Origin: an uncultured Defluviitaleaceae bacterium
Lineage (GTDB): Bacteria > Bacillota > Clostridia > Lachnospirales > CAYPQA01
Reading direction: 5' to 3'
Assembly: GCA_964611385.1 (NCBI GenBank)
Contig: CAZSXS010000004.1
Location: forward strand, 1,782 to 65,781
Length of the DNA: 64,000 nt
Below, piece after piece: positions 42,393-51,410 of the stretch. How positions within the stretch are numbered: the stretch's first letter is position 1; each line of letters begins with the position of its first letter. The notes beneath the pieces are model-generated. The model worked only from the letters and a program-made list of their open reading frames with translations. It was not told the DNA's origin and made no database searches. Position numbers and translations under genes: made by a program.

Positions 42393-44447
42393 GGTTTTTT
42401 CACCTTTTTTCGTATAGACATGATCAAAGTAAGCCGCTGCCCCACAGTTATAATTAAAATTATTGGTATCCATGATTAAATTGGCCTTGTCATCCAAGGT
42501 CAATCTAATCACGACCGTTTCGTTTATATCATAGATTTTTTCGTCCGCCTGATAATTCAAGCCGTTTTTATCAAAGAGTGCAAGCCCGCTGAACGCACCC
42601 ATGTGGACATTCTGTACGGCCTTCGCATAGGCGGAAGCCTCTATATAAGCCAGATCATCAAAGACAGGTACCACTTTCATATTTGAACTTTTAGAATCAG
42701 TGGCATTATTCCCATCGTAAAACCCTTCAAATTTAAGGATATCTTTGCCAGGCTTTTCAATCTCAGGCAGCTCTGTATCTTCCTTCCCAAGCACCAAGGG
42801 TAAAACCTTTGTCCCATCCGTCCAAACACCTTTAATCATATCGTCTTGGATTAAGCCATACAGTCTGCCTGTGCCGCCTTCTTCACGAAGCTCAAAACTG
42901 CCTCGGTGAAAATAACCATCCAGCTTAATCTCCTTACCATACTTGTCGTAATAATAACTGCCCTCAATGAAACCCTTTTTGACATCCAGATTCATATGAA
43001 TCTTCAGTGAATCATTGATATGACCCACCAATGATCGCGTACCAAGCCATTCTATGGAGGTGCCACGCTCATAGCCTAGAAAGCGGGGGTCACTCCCATC
43101 GGGCTTGATGAAGTAATACCGCATATCTTTGTCTCCGTTAAATAGGTTAATCACGATCCCATCTTTAACAAATTCAAAGCCAAGATTAAAATAGGGAAGA
43201 AAATCCATTGATGTCTTATTCTTATCAAAAAACGTATATTCAAAGATTGTTTCTGCATTACGCCCATCAAGCTTCAGACTGACCAAGCGTGATGCAGTGT
43301 GCTCCAAATCCTCTCTAACAATTCCTCTTCTCTCGGTCTTGACCGTTTCATAGATTCTTTCCTCATAATAAAGCCGATCTTTAAAAATTTGGGGACTGTC
43401 AAAATTATCCTTGTAGTCGCCATCCTCTACTTGGGGCGTTTGCACAACAACAACAGAGCTATTGTTTTGCCTATTGTAGGCTGCGAGGTACTTTTTCGTT
43501 TTATTCTTTGATCGGAAGGAATATAGGATGTAATTTTCATCCGTGTACGCGATGGAGGTTACGCCAAAAGGATCAATACTCTTTGGTATTTCTTCCGGCT
43601 TTACCTCTATATTTGGCGCAATAAAGATCTTCTCAGGCAGGATAACCCCTAATCTATCCTTGGCTAACTCCCAACGCTGTGACGCTTTCTTTAGTGTTGG
43701 GGGCGAATCAAGCTCAACCGTAAAGGAGAGATCATAGTCTGCCTTCTCTAGTGTATCGAACACCTCATCATCGCTCCAAATCGTTTCTAGATAATCAAAA
43801 TTATCATTGTTATATCCTCTAAATCCCATGCCCGATTCATAATTGTTTTTTATATAGCCCGTCACGATGGGGCCATAGCTATAGCTAGTCTCTTCATTTA
43901 CTAAATACCAGTCATTGTCCATATATTTGAAAGTTGCCGCTTCACTCCAACGCCACGCACTGCCGCCATATGCGCTTATTGTGAATGCATTTCCTTCAGC
44001 CGTAATTGCTGCATAAGGATCGCCAAAAATACCGCCTTCATGCTGGTTTCGGACTAGATTGATATCCTGAAAATTAAGTTTGTAGCTCCCCTTACCGCTA
44101 TTGGAAGCTGCAAATAAAATCCGTGGGTAAGCTAAATAATACTTGTCCTCTCCACTAAATTCACACTGTAGTATCCCAACGATGTCCATGGCCCCATCGT
44201 TATTAAAATCAAGCTTCACATGATCAATGAGAGCCCATTCATCAACGGCAAAGCCTTCCAATGAGGATGCTTCTGTCGGCAAGTTAGGGATGATCATGCC
44301 CCCTTCAAGATTGCTTGAAGAAGCCGATTCTTGCTTATTCGTTGCTTCTTGTGAATAAACAGTATGCGTTTGTTCAACAAATGCAAGCAGTAGAGCCAGA
44401 CTGATCGTTCCGATCAATCGCTTCGTCTTTAAAACTGTTCTTTTCAA
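42381..44447 (-). CDS. Large secreted protein of unknown function (~688 aa)
   Basis: The likely TTG start at 44447 is 7 nt after AGGAG (the track GTG 44456 has no spacing). Signal-like LIGTISLALLLAFVEQTHTVYSQE and an FG-GAP-like segment LDFNNDGAMDIVGIL. It has its own TTGCAC-17-TATAGT promoter upstream. Confidence 0.65.
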   Translation of the reverse strand: MKRTVLKTKRLIGTISLALLLAFVEQTHTVYSQEATNKQESASSSNLEGGMIIPNLPTEASSLEGFAVDEWALIDHVKLDFNNDGAMDIVGILQCEFSGEDKYYLAYPRILFAASNSGKGSYKLNFQDINLVRNQHEGGIFGDPYAAITAEGNAFTISAYGGSAWRWSEAATFKYMDNDWYLVNEETSYSYGPIVTGYIKNNYESGMGFRGYNNDNFDYLETIWSDDEVFDTLEKADYDLSFTVELDSPPTLKKASQRWELAKDRLGVILPEKIFIAPNIEVKPEEIPKSIDPFGVTSIAYTDENYILYSFRSKNKTKKYLAAYNRQNNSSVVVVQTPQVEDGDYKDNFDSPQIFKDRLYYEERIYETVKTERRGIVREDLEHTASRLVSLKLDGRNAETIFEYTFFDKNKTSMDFLPYFNLGFEFVKDGIVINLFNGDKDMRYYFIKPDGSDPRFLGYERGTSIEWLGTRSLVGHINDSLKIHMNLDVKKGFIEGSYYYDKYGKEIKLDGYFHRGSFELREEGGTGRLYGLIQDDMIKGVWTDGTKVLPLVLGKEDTELPEIEKPGKDILKFEGFYDGNNATDSKSSNMKVVPVFDDLAYIEASAYAKAVQNVHMGAFSGLALFDKNGLNYQADEKIYDINETVVIRLTLDDKANLIMDTNNFNYNCGAAAYFDHVYTKKGEKTSLQ

Positions 44448-44579
44448 GCGATTCACTCCTTCTCTAGGATTTGCAAGCTACTATAATATAAGATCCTACT
44501 TCGTGCAACGCCTTTTTTTAATGCATCATTTGACAAACTCGCTGCCTTTGAACCAAAGCAACTGCATGAGCCTAGGAGC

Positions 44580-44996
44580 CTAGGCTACAGGAATAGGAGT
44601 GATCAGCTGAACATGATGGTCCTTCACGAGATAGCGATATTCGATTGTCCTATCCTCCGGAGACTTTTCCCAGGGTCGGCTATAGGTAAAAGTCAAGGTG
44701 ACCGTTCCGTTGCCGACCGGTTCAAACTGCCAGACGTGCATCCCCGGCGCCCCAGCTAAAGAAGTCTTTGGCGCTTTGTATTCGTTATAGGTTTCTTTTA
44801 GGATTCCTTCCTTGTCCATGGTATAACTCCAGACGTAACCCGTGGAGGGATTTTCTTTAAGGATAATCGTAGGCCCTAAAGAATCGGCAAGGTCTAACGG
44901 ACGCATGGCACCCAGCAGGAGACTTGCAGTGAGAAGTCTTTTGATCACCTCTGATGGGCAGGAGCTAGTCTTTTGGAATTGATTTGAAGTGTACAT
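44580..44996 (-). CDS. Chagasin-family (I42) cysteine-peptidase inhibitor homologue
   Basis: The ENPSTGYVWSY motif (family signature NPTTGYxW), ~110-aa Ig-like body length, and RBS AAAGGTGGA. Confidence 0.7.
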   Translation of the reverse strand: MYTSNQFQKTSSCPSEVIKRLLTASLLLGAMRPLDLADSLGPTIILKENPSTGYVWSYTMDKEGILKETYNEYKAPKTSLAGAPGMHVWQFEPVGNGTVTLTFTYSRPWEKSPEDRTIEYRYLVKDHHVQLITPIPVA

Positions 44997-45011
44997 GAGG
45001 ATTCCACCTTT

Positions 45012-45290
45012 CTATACTGCAAACGGGCATTATTATCACAGCACCGTTAAGCTTAAAGCCACCACGCAAAATATACTGTAAACATCGTACACAAAATACG
45101 CTGAACAGCTATGCACAAAGCGGTCTGATGAAAATACACAAAGCGATCCGATGAAAGCCTCGAAAGGGATACCGCCCGAACGGCTTACGACCAGTTCAAG
45201 TGTAGGGCGGTATCCCTTTCGAGGCTTGGGCGTGAATACCGCGTTTTCTTGGAACGTACTAAGTATCAATACCCGTTACACTATTGTAAG
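45012..45290. repeat. Intergenic repeat family B, copy B3 (longest copy, inverted-repeat termini)
   Basis: The left end CTATACTGCAAACGGGCATT is the reverse complement of the right-end consensus AATGCCCGTTTGTAGTATAG. A perfect 21-bp stem joins GCCTCGAAAGGGATACCGCCC (45157-77) and GGGCGGTATCCCTTTCGAGGC (45205-25). There is an internal 21-nt tandem duplication (45113-45156). The right terminus is degenerate. Confidence 0.75.
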
Positions 45291-45406
45291 CACTCCCCCA
45301 CATTCTGCTACTCATATCCAAAAGTTTTACATAAAAAAAGCGGCTCTGATCATTCCAGAGCCACCCTATCTTTTCTTCACAGCGTTCAGAGCCTATCCTT
45401 CATTTC

Positions 45407-45637
45407 TTACATCCACTTCTTCATTACCAAATCATATAAATTCCGAAAAGCCGCCAAAATCCCCAATATAGTAAAAATCAGCAAAAACCAAGGTTCCGTG
45501 TGCAGCCATCCGTCTAAGCCCTTTCCGATCATAATACTGATAAAGACAGTAAAAAAAAGAGTAAGCCCCACCTGTGTGAGCATGGCTAAGGCGTTGGTAA
45601 TTTCACGCCGATGTTTTTTGTCCATTTTCAGCTTCAT
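45407..45637 (-). CDS. AtpZ/AtpI-family small membrane protein
   Basis: 76 aa with two TMs and the pattern GKGLDGWLHTEPWF...GILAAFRNLY. The ATG overlaps the stop of the upstream reductase (ATGA). Confidence 0.55.
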   Translation of the reverse strand: MKLKMDKKHRREITNALAMLTQVGLTLFFTVFISIMIGKGLDGWLHTEPWFLLIFTILGILAAFRNLYDLVMKKWM

Positions 45638-46512
45638 ATCGTCCCCTTGGGGAACATGGGTTCCTTGGCTTCGTATTCCATCAGTGCTTTTGTTTCTGCC
45701 TCATTGATGGGAATGAAGGCCTCTCCAAAGCCTTGAGCAATCTTAAGAGCAAGCCTGAATAAGCGGATGTCGCCAGGCGGTATCAGTGCAGCTACCGGCT
45801 GGGATAAAGTAAACCTCATCGCCAATTCGGCATGTGCCTCATCTTCAATGGGACGGTACCAACACTTTGGATATGGGCGCTTTTCTTTGGGTAAATCCCC
45901 CTCCCAAGCTGTTTTTGCCAGAGCCTTCAAGGCCAGAACCACTGCATTTCTTTCCTTAGCCTTTTGGAAAATCTTAAAGCCATATTTACCAAAGTCGTTT
46001 CCTTTAAGCATAGAGGCCCAGTTGATGGGGGTCAGCACGGACTCGAAGGCAAAGCTGTCAAAGAGCTTACAGGCCGCCTCCTCCGTATGAGCGGAGAATC
46101 CGATGTGCCTGATTTTTCCTTCCTTTTTTGCCTTTACTAAAACCTCTAAGGCTCCGCCCGGCGCTAATAGAGCATTCACCTCTTCCTCGGTTGTCACGCC
46201 GTGAAGCTGATATAAATCAAAACAATCAGTTTCCAGAATCTTCAAAGAATTACAAAGCTCCTGCTCGGCCTCCGGTCCATTTCTTTTCCCTGTTTTACAG
46301 GCCAAAAAGACCTGGTTTCTCTTGCCTCGAAGCGCTGGCCCCAGCTTTTCCTCTGCATTTCCGTAAGAGGGAGCCACATCAAAATAGTTTATTCCCTGGT
46401 CAAGCGCCTCAGCTACAAAGTCATTGGCCTGCCTTTGCTCCTCACCGGAAACAACGATTCCTCCAAAGCCAATGATGGATAAATCTTCATTATGATACTT
46501 CCTATAAATCAT
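45634..46512 (-). CDS. Aldo/keto reductase
   Basis: Start ATG 46512 (GGAGGAG RBS). Seen: IIGFGG, DVAPSYGNAEEKLG and IGFSAH. Confidence 0.8.
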   Translation of the reverse strand: MIYRKYHNEDLSIIGFGGIVVSGEEQRQANDFVAEALDQGINYFDVAPSYGNAEEKLGPALRGKRNQVFLACKTGKRNGPEAEQELCNSLKILETDCFDLYQLHGVTTEEEVNALLAPGGALEVLVKAKKEGKIRHIGFSAHTEEAACKLFDSFAFESVLTPINWASMLKGNDFGKYGFKIFQKAKERNAVVLALKALAKTAWEGDLPKEKRPYPKCWYRPIEDEAHAELAMRFTLSQPVAALIPPGDIRLFRLALKIAQGFGEAFIPINEAETKALMEYEAKEPMFPKGTI

Positions 46513-46824
46513 ATACTCCTCCTTTTTTGTGGTTATACTCCACAAATGATTTGCAACCCCGCAAATCTACTCAGAACTGGACAGTGCAAAAATGTGAATC
46601 GCCAAATCGAAAGAATCGCTGAAATGATTACTTGCCTGTATTATATCATGCACCATAAGATAAAACTATACTACAGTATAGGATTTTTTTCTTTAAGTAG
46701 CAAGTTTATGCTTACACTAGCCCAAAGTGATTGGAATTTTTAGAGCAAATAAGGGGCAGACTAGACTCAGGAAAAGTACTTTATTGAACCCAAAAGAGAG
46801 AAGTGTTGGAAACGTGAGAAAACG

Positions 46825-48102
46825 ATGAAACATATACTTAAAAAATTGATGATTGTCGCCGGAATCCTTCTGTATATCTTGTTCGGAATCTTATTCGTGA
46901 ATGAATCCACGAGATGGATGGCAGAGGAGTACTATAAAACACTGGGTTCAAAGGCGATGGATATTGCCCTGATCGTATCAAAAAGCTATTATCTTACAGA
47001 CCAAGAGGTTGCTGAGCTAAGATCCCTCCCCTTTAAAGAAATTGTCAATCACCCTGCAAATCAAAGACTGAGTAAGCTTTTCGCGGGCGGGAAGTTTAAC
47101 AATGATTTTAAGTACGCCTATATTATGGTTCGACTGAACAAGGATGAGATCAAGTATCGAGTGGATCAAGGCCATGAAGAATATTATAAAGCACCGGCAG
47201 GCACAGCTCTTGATGTTCTTTGGTTGGTAGATGTGATTATCAACTCCGAAGAAAAAAATGCAGCATCCAAGCAGTCTACCTATTACGATGACATCAACCG
47301 ATACTCCTATATTCGTGAGTATGATATGCAAGTTTTTGAGGACAAGAAAAGCACTTATGTGATCTCTCGAGATGAGTACGGGAATGCCTTTACGGGATAC
47401 GTTCCCTTTTATACGGATGAGAACCATTTTGTAGGAATGCTGGGCGTGGATATTTATTTTGAACGCTTTGAGCAGCACACCAACGAAATCCGTATCGTTC
47501 TTCTATCCGTGTTCTTATTTCCAACCATCATTTTGACAGCGGTCTATACATTTTTTTATGTTCGAAAGCAGCGCTATAACACCAGCGTGGCCTATAACGA
47601 TTCCTTGACGGGGCTTTATAATCGAAGGTTTTTGAGCTATTGTCTGCCAAGGCTACTGCGTGAGCATTTTCGAAAGAGAAATTTCCTATCAGTCATTATG
47701 GTAGATGTGGACTATTTTAAGAAATACAACGACTACTACGGCCACCAAAAAGGGGACATTGTTCTTTATCAAGTCTCCCAGGCTATTCTTTCCGTGCTGA
47801 GAAGCAACACAGACTATGTATGCAGATACGGCGGGGAAGAAATCATTCTTCTCTTACCAAACACCAACCTACAAGGTGCCAGAGCAGTTGCCAAAAAGGT
47901 GAAACAAGCCGTAGAAGTTTTATCGATCCCTCACATTGTCAGCGAAGTCTCTGCCACTGTCAGCGTTTCCCAAGGCATCTATTCTGCCATTCCAAGAGCC
48001 TTGGGTAAGGAAGCAGAGCACAAATTCATCGAACATGCAGATCAGGCTTTATACAGAGCAAAGGAAAGAGGTCGGAACAGCTATGTGTCTTATGAAGAAT
48101 GA
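46825..48102 (+). CDS. Membrane-bound diguanylate cyclase (GGDEF) with extracytoplasmic sensor region
   Basis: TM, ~200-aa loop, TM, then a GGDEF domain: DSLTGLYNRR, DVDYFKKYND and the RYGGEEI active site. Confidence 0.8.
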   Translation: MKHILKKLMIVAGILLYILFGILFVNESTRWMAEEYYKTLGSKAMDIALIVSKSYYLTDQEVAELRSLPFKEIVNHPANQRLSKLFAGGKFNNDFKYAYIMVRLNKDEIKYRVDQGHEEYYKAPAGTALDVLWLVDVIINSEEKNAASKQSTYYDDINRYSYIREYDMQVFEDKKSTYVISRDEYGNAFTGYVPFYTDENHFVGMLGVDIYFERFEQHTNEIRIVLLSVFLFPTIILTAVYTFFYVRKQRYNTSVAYNDSLTGLYNRRFLSYCLPRLLREHFRKRNFLSVIMVDVDYFKKYNDYYGHQKGDIVLYQVSQAILSVLRSNTDYVCRYGGEEIILLLPNTNLQGARAVAKKVKQAVEVLSIPHIVSEVSATVSVSQGIYSAIPRALGKEAEHKFIEHADQALYRAKERGRNSYVSYEE

Positions 48103-48120
48103 AAAAACAAAACTTAGATA

Positions 48121-48498
48121 TCATACCAAGCTAAGCAGCAAGCGAATCAGCAGGCCTGTGACAAAGAATCCACAAAGCAAGCCACTGATTAGGCGCCTCG
48201 CGTTCGTGGACTCCCAAAACTGAAGAAGCTGGCCAAAGCCATCAACGGCCAGTAAGACCGTTGACAACAAGGCCAAAGCCCCATAAACAGAAAAGGCAGC
48301 CCGTCCATGAAGCGGCAGCAACAGAACTGCAAGAAACTCGCCAAACAACAAGCCCGTACACCTAGCACACAGGGGAAATTGATAGCTATAAAAATGAAAG
48401 CTTCTTTCCTGCTTTTGATGACAGCCAGTTAGGGCGCCCAGCTTCATTAAGCGGATCCAGAGCTTTAGTTTTTTATTTGAATTTTTTTCCACAGTCAT
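48121..48498 (-). CDS. DUF2085-family membrane protein
   Basis: GCHQKQERSF...PLCARCTG signature plus TMs. The start is ambiguous (ATG 48561, 48498 or 48447). I list 48498. Confidence 0.55.
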   Translation of the reverse strand: MTVEKNSNKKLKLWIRLMKLGALTGCHQKQERSFHFYSYQFPLCARCTGLLFGEFLAVLLLPLHGRAAFSVYGALALLSTVLLAVDGFGQLLQFWESTNARRLISGLLCGFFVTGLLIRLLLSLV

Positions 48499-48694
48499 GG
48501 CACACCCATAATAAGCTTGTGGTTGAAGTGGTTCGTCCTTCTCCCATACCGCATAAGCCACAAAGCCAGCCTATGGGCCCTAAGATCAGATATCCGATAA
48601 GGCCTCCACAACAATCAAAGCCTTTGATTTTCGTTGAACTGCTAACCTCTGATACGGCTTGCACATTTTGACTTCCACATTTTGGACAATGCAT
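48473..48694 (-). CDS. Small zinc-ribbon protein with central hydrophobic hairpin (LITAF-like layout)
   Basis: 73 aa: CPKCGS...(CCGGLIGYLILGPIGWLCGLCG)...CHDCGKKF. Confidence 0.45.
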   Translation of the reverse strand: MHCPKCGSQNVQAVSEVSSSTKIKGFDCCGGLIGYLILGPIGWLCGLCGMGEGRTTSTTSLLWVCHDCGKKFK

Positions 48695-48873
48695 CTTGAT
48701 TCCTCCATCTCATAGCGAACAAGCACTATGACTTTTCATTTACTTTCGTAACGATTTACGCAAATAAATGCAAATATTCTTCATTTTATTTTGCGAGCGT
48801 GATATTTATGATTCTAATGAATCTGCTCTTGTGTTCTTTCGATTACTACTGTAAGCTACTATATAAGACTGTG

Positions 48874-48982
48874 TCTTTCAAGATTTCTGTGAAACTTATT
48901 TGACCTTCCTGTCCGGTTTTTTTGAAAAGAGGAGGAAGAGGGTGGAGGGGTAAATCAACAAGTTGGTTCTCCCCACGGTTTT
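48874..48982 (-). repeat. Intergenic repeat family A, copy A5 (inverted orientation, variant core)
   Basis: TCTTTCAAGATTTCTG...CCTGTCCGGTTTTTTTGAAAAGAGGAGGAAGAGGGTGGAGGGG...CTCCCCACGGTTTT. The termini are as in A4. Confidence 0.7.
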
Positions 48983-49001
48983 AAGAAGGAGATGTATAAC
49001 G

Positions 49002-49679
49002 ATGAAAACAATACTAATTATAGAAGATGACGAAAATTTAAGTCGTGGTATTGCCTTTGCTTTTGAAAGCGGAGGCTATGCTGTGAAGACGGCGAATACC
49101 TTGAAGGGTGGCCGGACGCTTTTTGAACAAGGGGACATTGATCTTTTGCTTTTGGATATCGGCTTGCCTGATGGGAGTGGGTTGCAGTTTTGTAAAGCCA
49201 TACGGGAGAAGTCGAATGTACCCATCATTATGCTGACCGCCTGCGACCTGGAAACTGATGAGGTGCAGGGATTGCAGTATGGCGCGGATGATTATATCAC
49301 AAAGCCCTTTTCGCTGTCCGTGCTCCGTGCCAGAGTCGATAGCTTGTTTCGCCGCTTGAATCGGGAACAGTCCGTGCAACTGAAGCTAGGGAACTGCCGA
49401 CTGGATTTAGCACTTTGTAAGTTTTACAGGGACGAAACGGAAATCCCCGTCAGCGCCACGGAGTTTCGCCTCCTGCATTATTTTATGCAAAACGCAGGGC
49501 AGATTTTATTAAAGGATCAAATTTTGGCTGCCCTTTGGGATAAGGATGGGAACTTCGTGGACGAAAATACCCTGTCTGTTAATATCAGTCGGCTTCGGGG
49601 AAAGGTAGAAGCTGATCCCAAAAAGCCGAAAATCATCAAGACCGTTCACGGAATGGGTTATATTTGGGTAAAGGAATGA
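49002..49679 (+). CDS. OmpR-family response regulator
   Basis: Start ATG 49002 (AAGGAG RBS). Seen: ILIIEDDE, LLLLDIGLPDGSG, ITKPF, and the winged helix VHGMGYIW. Confidence 0.85.
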   Translation: MKTILIIEDDENLSRGIAFAFESGGYAVKTANTLKGGRTLFEQGDIDLLLLDIGLPDGSGLQFCKAIREKSNVPIIMLTACDLETDEVQGLQYGADDYITKPFSLSVLRARVDSLFRRLNREQSVQLKLGNCRLDLALCKFYRDETEIPVSATEFRLLHYFMQNAGQILLKDQILAALWDKDGNFVDENTLSVNISRLRGKVEADPKKPKIIKTVHGMGYIWVKE

Positions 49680-49680
49680 A

Positions 49681-50640
49681 ATGATGTTCTATGTGATTGT
49701 TTGCTGTATCATCGTTTGCAGTGTGGCTGCAAGCGCTTGTGTTTTGTTCTTCCTACATAGTCGTCGGTATGTCAAAAGGGCCTTTGACCGCATTGACGAT
49801 ACCCTGGAGCATGTTTTAAATAAAGAAGCCTTTCCTCCGACTACAAAGCTGGGAGAAGACCGGATTTCAAAACTGAATCACAAAGCTCATCGGATTTTGG
49901 AGCGAACCTTATCGGAAGCTGGGCAGCTTCAAGACGAAAAGGAAAGCATACAGGGCTTTATCTCAGATATGTCCCACCAGATGAAAACCCCCTTGTCAGG
50001 GATTTCAATGTATTCCGAACTGCTGAAATCGGAAAAGCTGTCGGATCAGGACAGGCAAGAGTTTCTGGAGCGTATCCATGCCTTGTCGGGGAAACTACAG
50101 TGGATGATGAACAGCTTGATCAAAATGTCTCGTCTGGAGGTGGGTGCTATTACGCTTTCCCCAGTGAATGCGGAGATCCGGCAGACTATAGGAAACTCCG
50201 TAGAGAGTATTATTTCCGCTGCTGCCAAGAAAAATATCAATATCCGTGTGGAAGATTTTGAAAATATCCTGCTGTATCATGATAAAAAGTGGACAGCAGA
50301 GGCCATTGCGAATGTCCTGGAAAATGCGGTCAAGTATTCCCCTCCCGACAGTGAAATTCAAATCAGGGTCGAGACCCTGAGCTTATACACCAAAATTATG
50401 ATTACCGACCATGGAATCGGCATCAAGAAGACAGATTTCAACCTGATTTTCAAACGCTTTTACCGGGCCGAAAATGCCAAGGACAGTGAGGGCTCCGGGC
50501 TGGGGCTGTACCTAGTTTCTTTGATCCTAGAGAAGCAAGGCGGTTATATTATGGTGGATTCAGAACCGGGTGCATGGACTACCTTTTCTTTGTTTTTGCA
50601 AAACAATATGCTTGCAAACACGGCACTTACAAAACTGTAA
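49681..50640 (+). CDS. Small membrane-anchored histidine kinase without extracellular sensor domain
   Basis: One N-terminal hydrophobic segment, then the H-box SDMSHQMKTPLS and an HATPase region (DHGIGI, GSGLGLYLV). Confidence 0.8.
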   Translation: MMFYVIVCCIIVCSVAASACVLFFLHSRRYVKRAFDRIDDTLEHVLNKEAFPPTTKLGEDRISKLNHKAHRILERTLSEAGQLQDEKESIQGFISDMSHQMKTPLSGISMYSELLKSEKLSDQDRQEFLERIHALSGKLQWMMNSLIKMSRLEVGAITLSPVNAEIRQTIGNSVESIISAAAKKNINIRVEDFENILLYHDKKWTAEAIANVLENAVKYSPPDSEIQIRVETLSLYTKIMITDHGIGIKKTDFNLIFKRFYRAENAKDSEGSGLGLYLVSLILEKQGGYIMVDSEPGAWTTFSLFLQNNMLANTALTKL

Positions 50641-50689
50641 GAATTGATCAAGATTTTGTAAGCCTGCTGTAAGAACGCTGCCTTACAAT
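50626..50689 (+). promoter_or_regulatory. Inverted-repeat regulator site and activator-type promoter upstream of the ABC genes
   Basis: CTTACAAAACTGTAAG (50626-50641, perfect dyad TTACA-N4-TGTAA). Extra TGTAAG / CTTACA half-sites are at 50658-63, 50668-73 and 50682-87. A TACAAT -10 is at 50684-89 with no good -35. Confidence 0.45.
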
Positions 50690-50723
50690 CATCCCATACT
50701 CAAAAAGAAAAGGAGCAATATAC

Positions 50724-51410
50724 ATGTCCATATTACTGACAAAGGGACTGAAAAAATACTATGGGAAGGAACCGAATCTGGTTCGTGCGCTGGACGGCGT
50801 TGATTTGGAAGTGCAGGCGGGGCAGTTTGTGGCTGTGGTAGGCATGTCCGGCTCGGGCAAGAGTACTCTTTTGCATATGCTGGGGGGCTTGGATAAACCC
50901 TCAGAGGGGGAGGTGATTGTAGGCGGAAACCAACTGTCTAAGATGACGGATGAACAGCTAACAATCTTCCGTAGACGGAATGTCGGCTTTATCTTCCAAA
51001 ATTACAACCTGGTACCTATTTTAAATGTTTATGAAAATATCATTTTGCCTCTTGCCCTGGATGGGAACCAGGTGGATAAGGCCTTTGTGGATGAAATCAT
51101 CCGTACCCTAGGCCTTTCTGAAAAGCAAGGAAACCTTCCCAATACCCTGTCGGGCGGACAGCAGCAGCGAGTGGCTATCGCTCGGGCCTTGGCTACAAAG
51201 CCCTCTATCGTCCTGGCCGACGAGCCCACAGGAAACCTGGACAGCAAAACCAGTCAGGATGTATTGGGCATTTTAAAGATGACCTCCACGAAGTTCCATC
51301 AAACCATCATGATGATTACCCATAACGAACAGATTGCACAGCTGGCCGACCGAATTATCCATATTGAAGATGGCAAAATCAAGGCAGAGGTGAGCAGCCA
51401 TGAAAAATAA
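50724..51410 (+). CDS. ABC transporter ATP-binding protein (MacB/LolD-type)
   Basis: [24 protein letters not shown] and [11 protein letters not shown]. Confidence 0.9.
   Translation: MSILLTKGLKKYYGKEPNLVRALDGVDLEVQAGQFVAVVGMSGSGKSTLLHMLGGLDKPSEGEVIVGGNQLSKMTDEQLTIFRRRNVGFIFQNYNLVPILNVYENIILPLALDGNQVDKAFVDEIIRTLGLSEKQGNLPNTLSGGQQQRVAIARALATKPSIVLADEPTGNLDSKTSQDVLGILKMTSTKFHQTIMMITHNEQIAQLADRIIHIEDGKIKAEVSSHEK

Noticed and set aside
45036-45707. Track ORFs 45036-45269 (-), 45151-45471 (+) and 45249-45707 (+) as genes.
   Set aside because: They run through repeat copy B3 and antisense to the AtpZ-like gene. They have no RBS and low-complexity Ser/Pro/Phe-rich translations.
46666-46681. CTATACTACAGTATAG palindrome as an excision footprint or abutting termini of repeat family B (CTATACT.../...AGTATAG).
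   Set aside because: Only 7 nt per side match. That is too short to tell from chance in AT-rich intergenic DNA, and the flanking sequence shows no other family-B similarity.
5456-48982. The recurrent hairpin repeats as a CRISPR array.
   Set aside because: The copies are tens of kb apart, in both orientations, about 100 bp long and without regularly spaced unique spacers. No cas genes are present.
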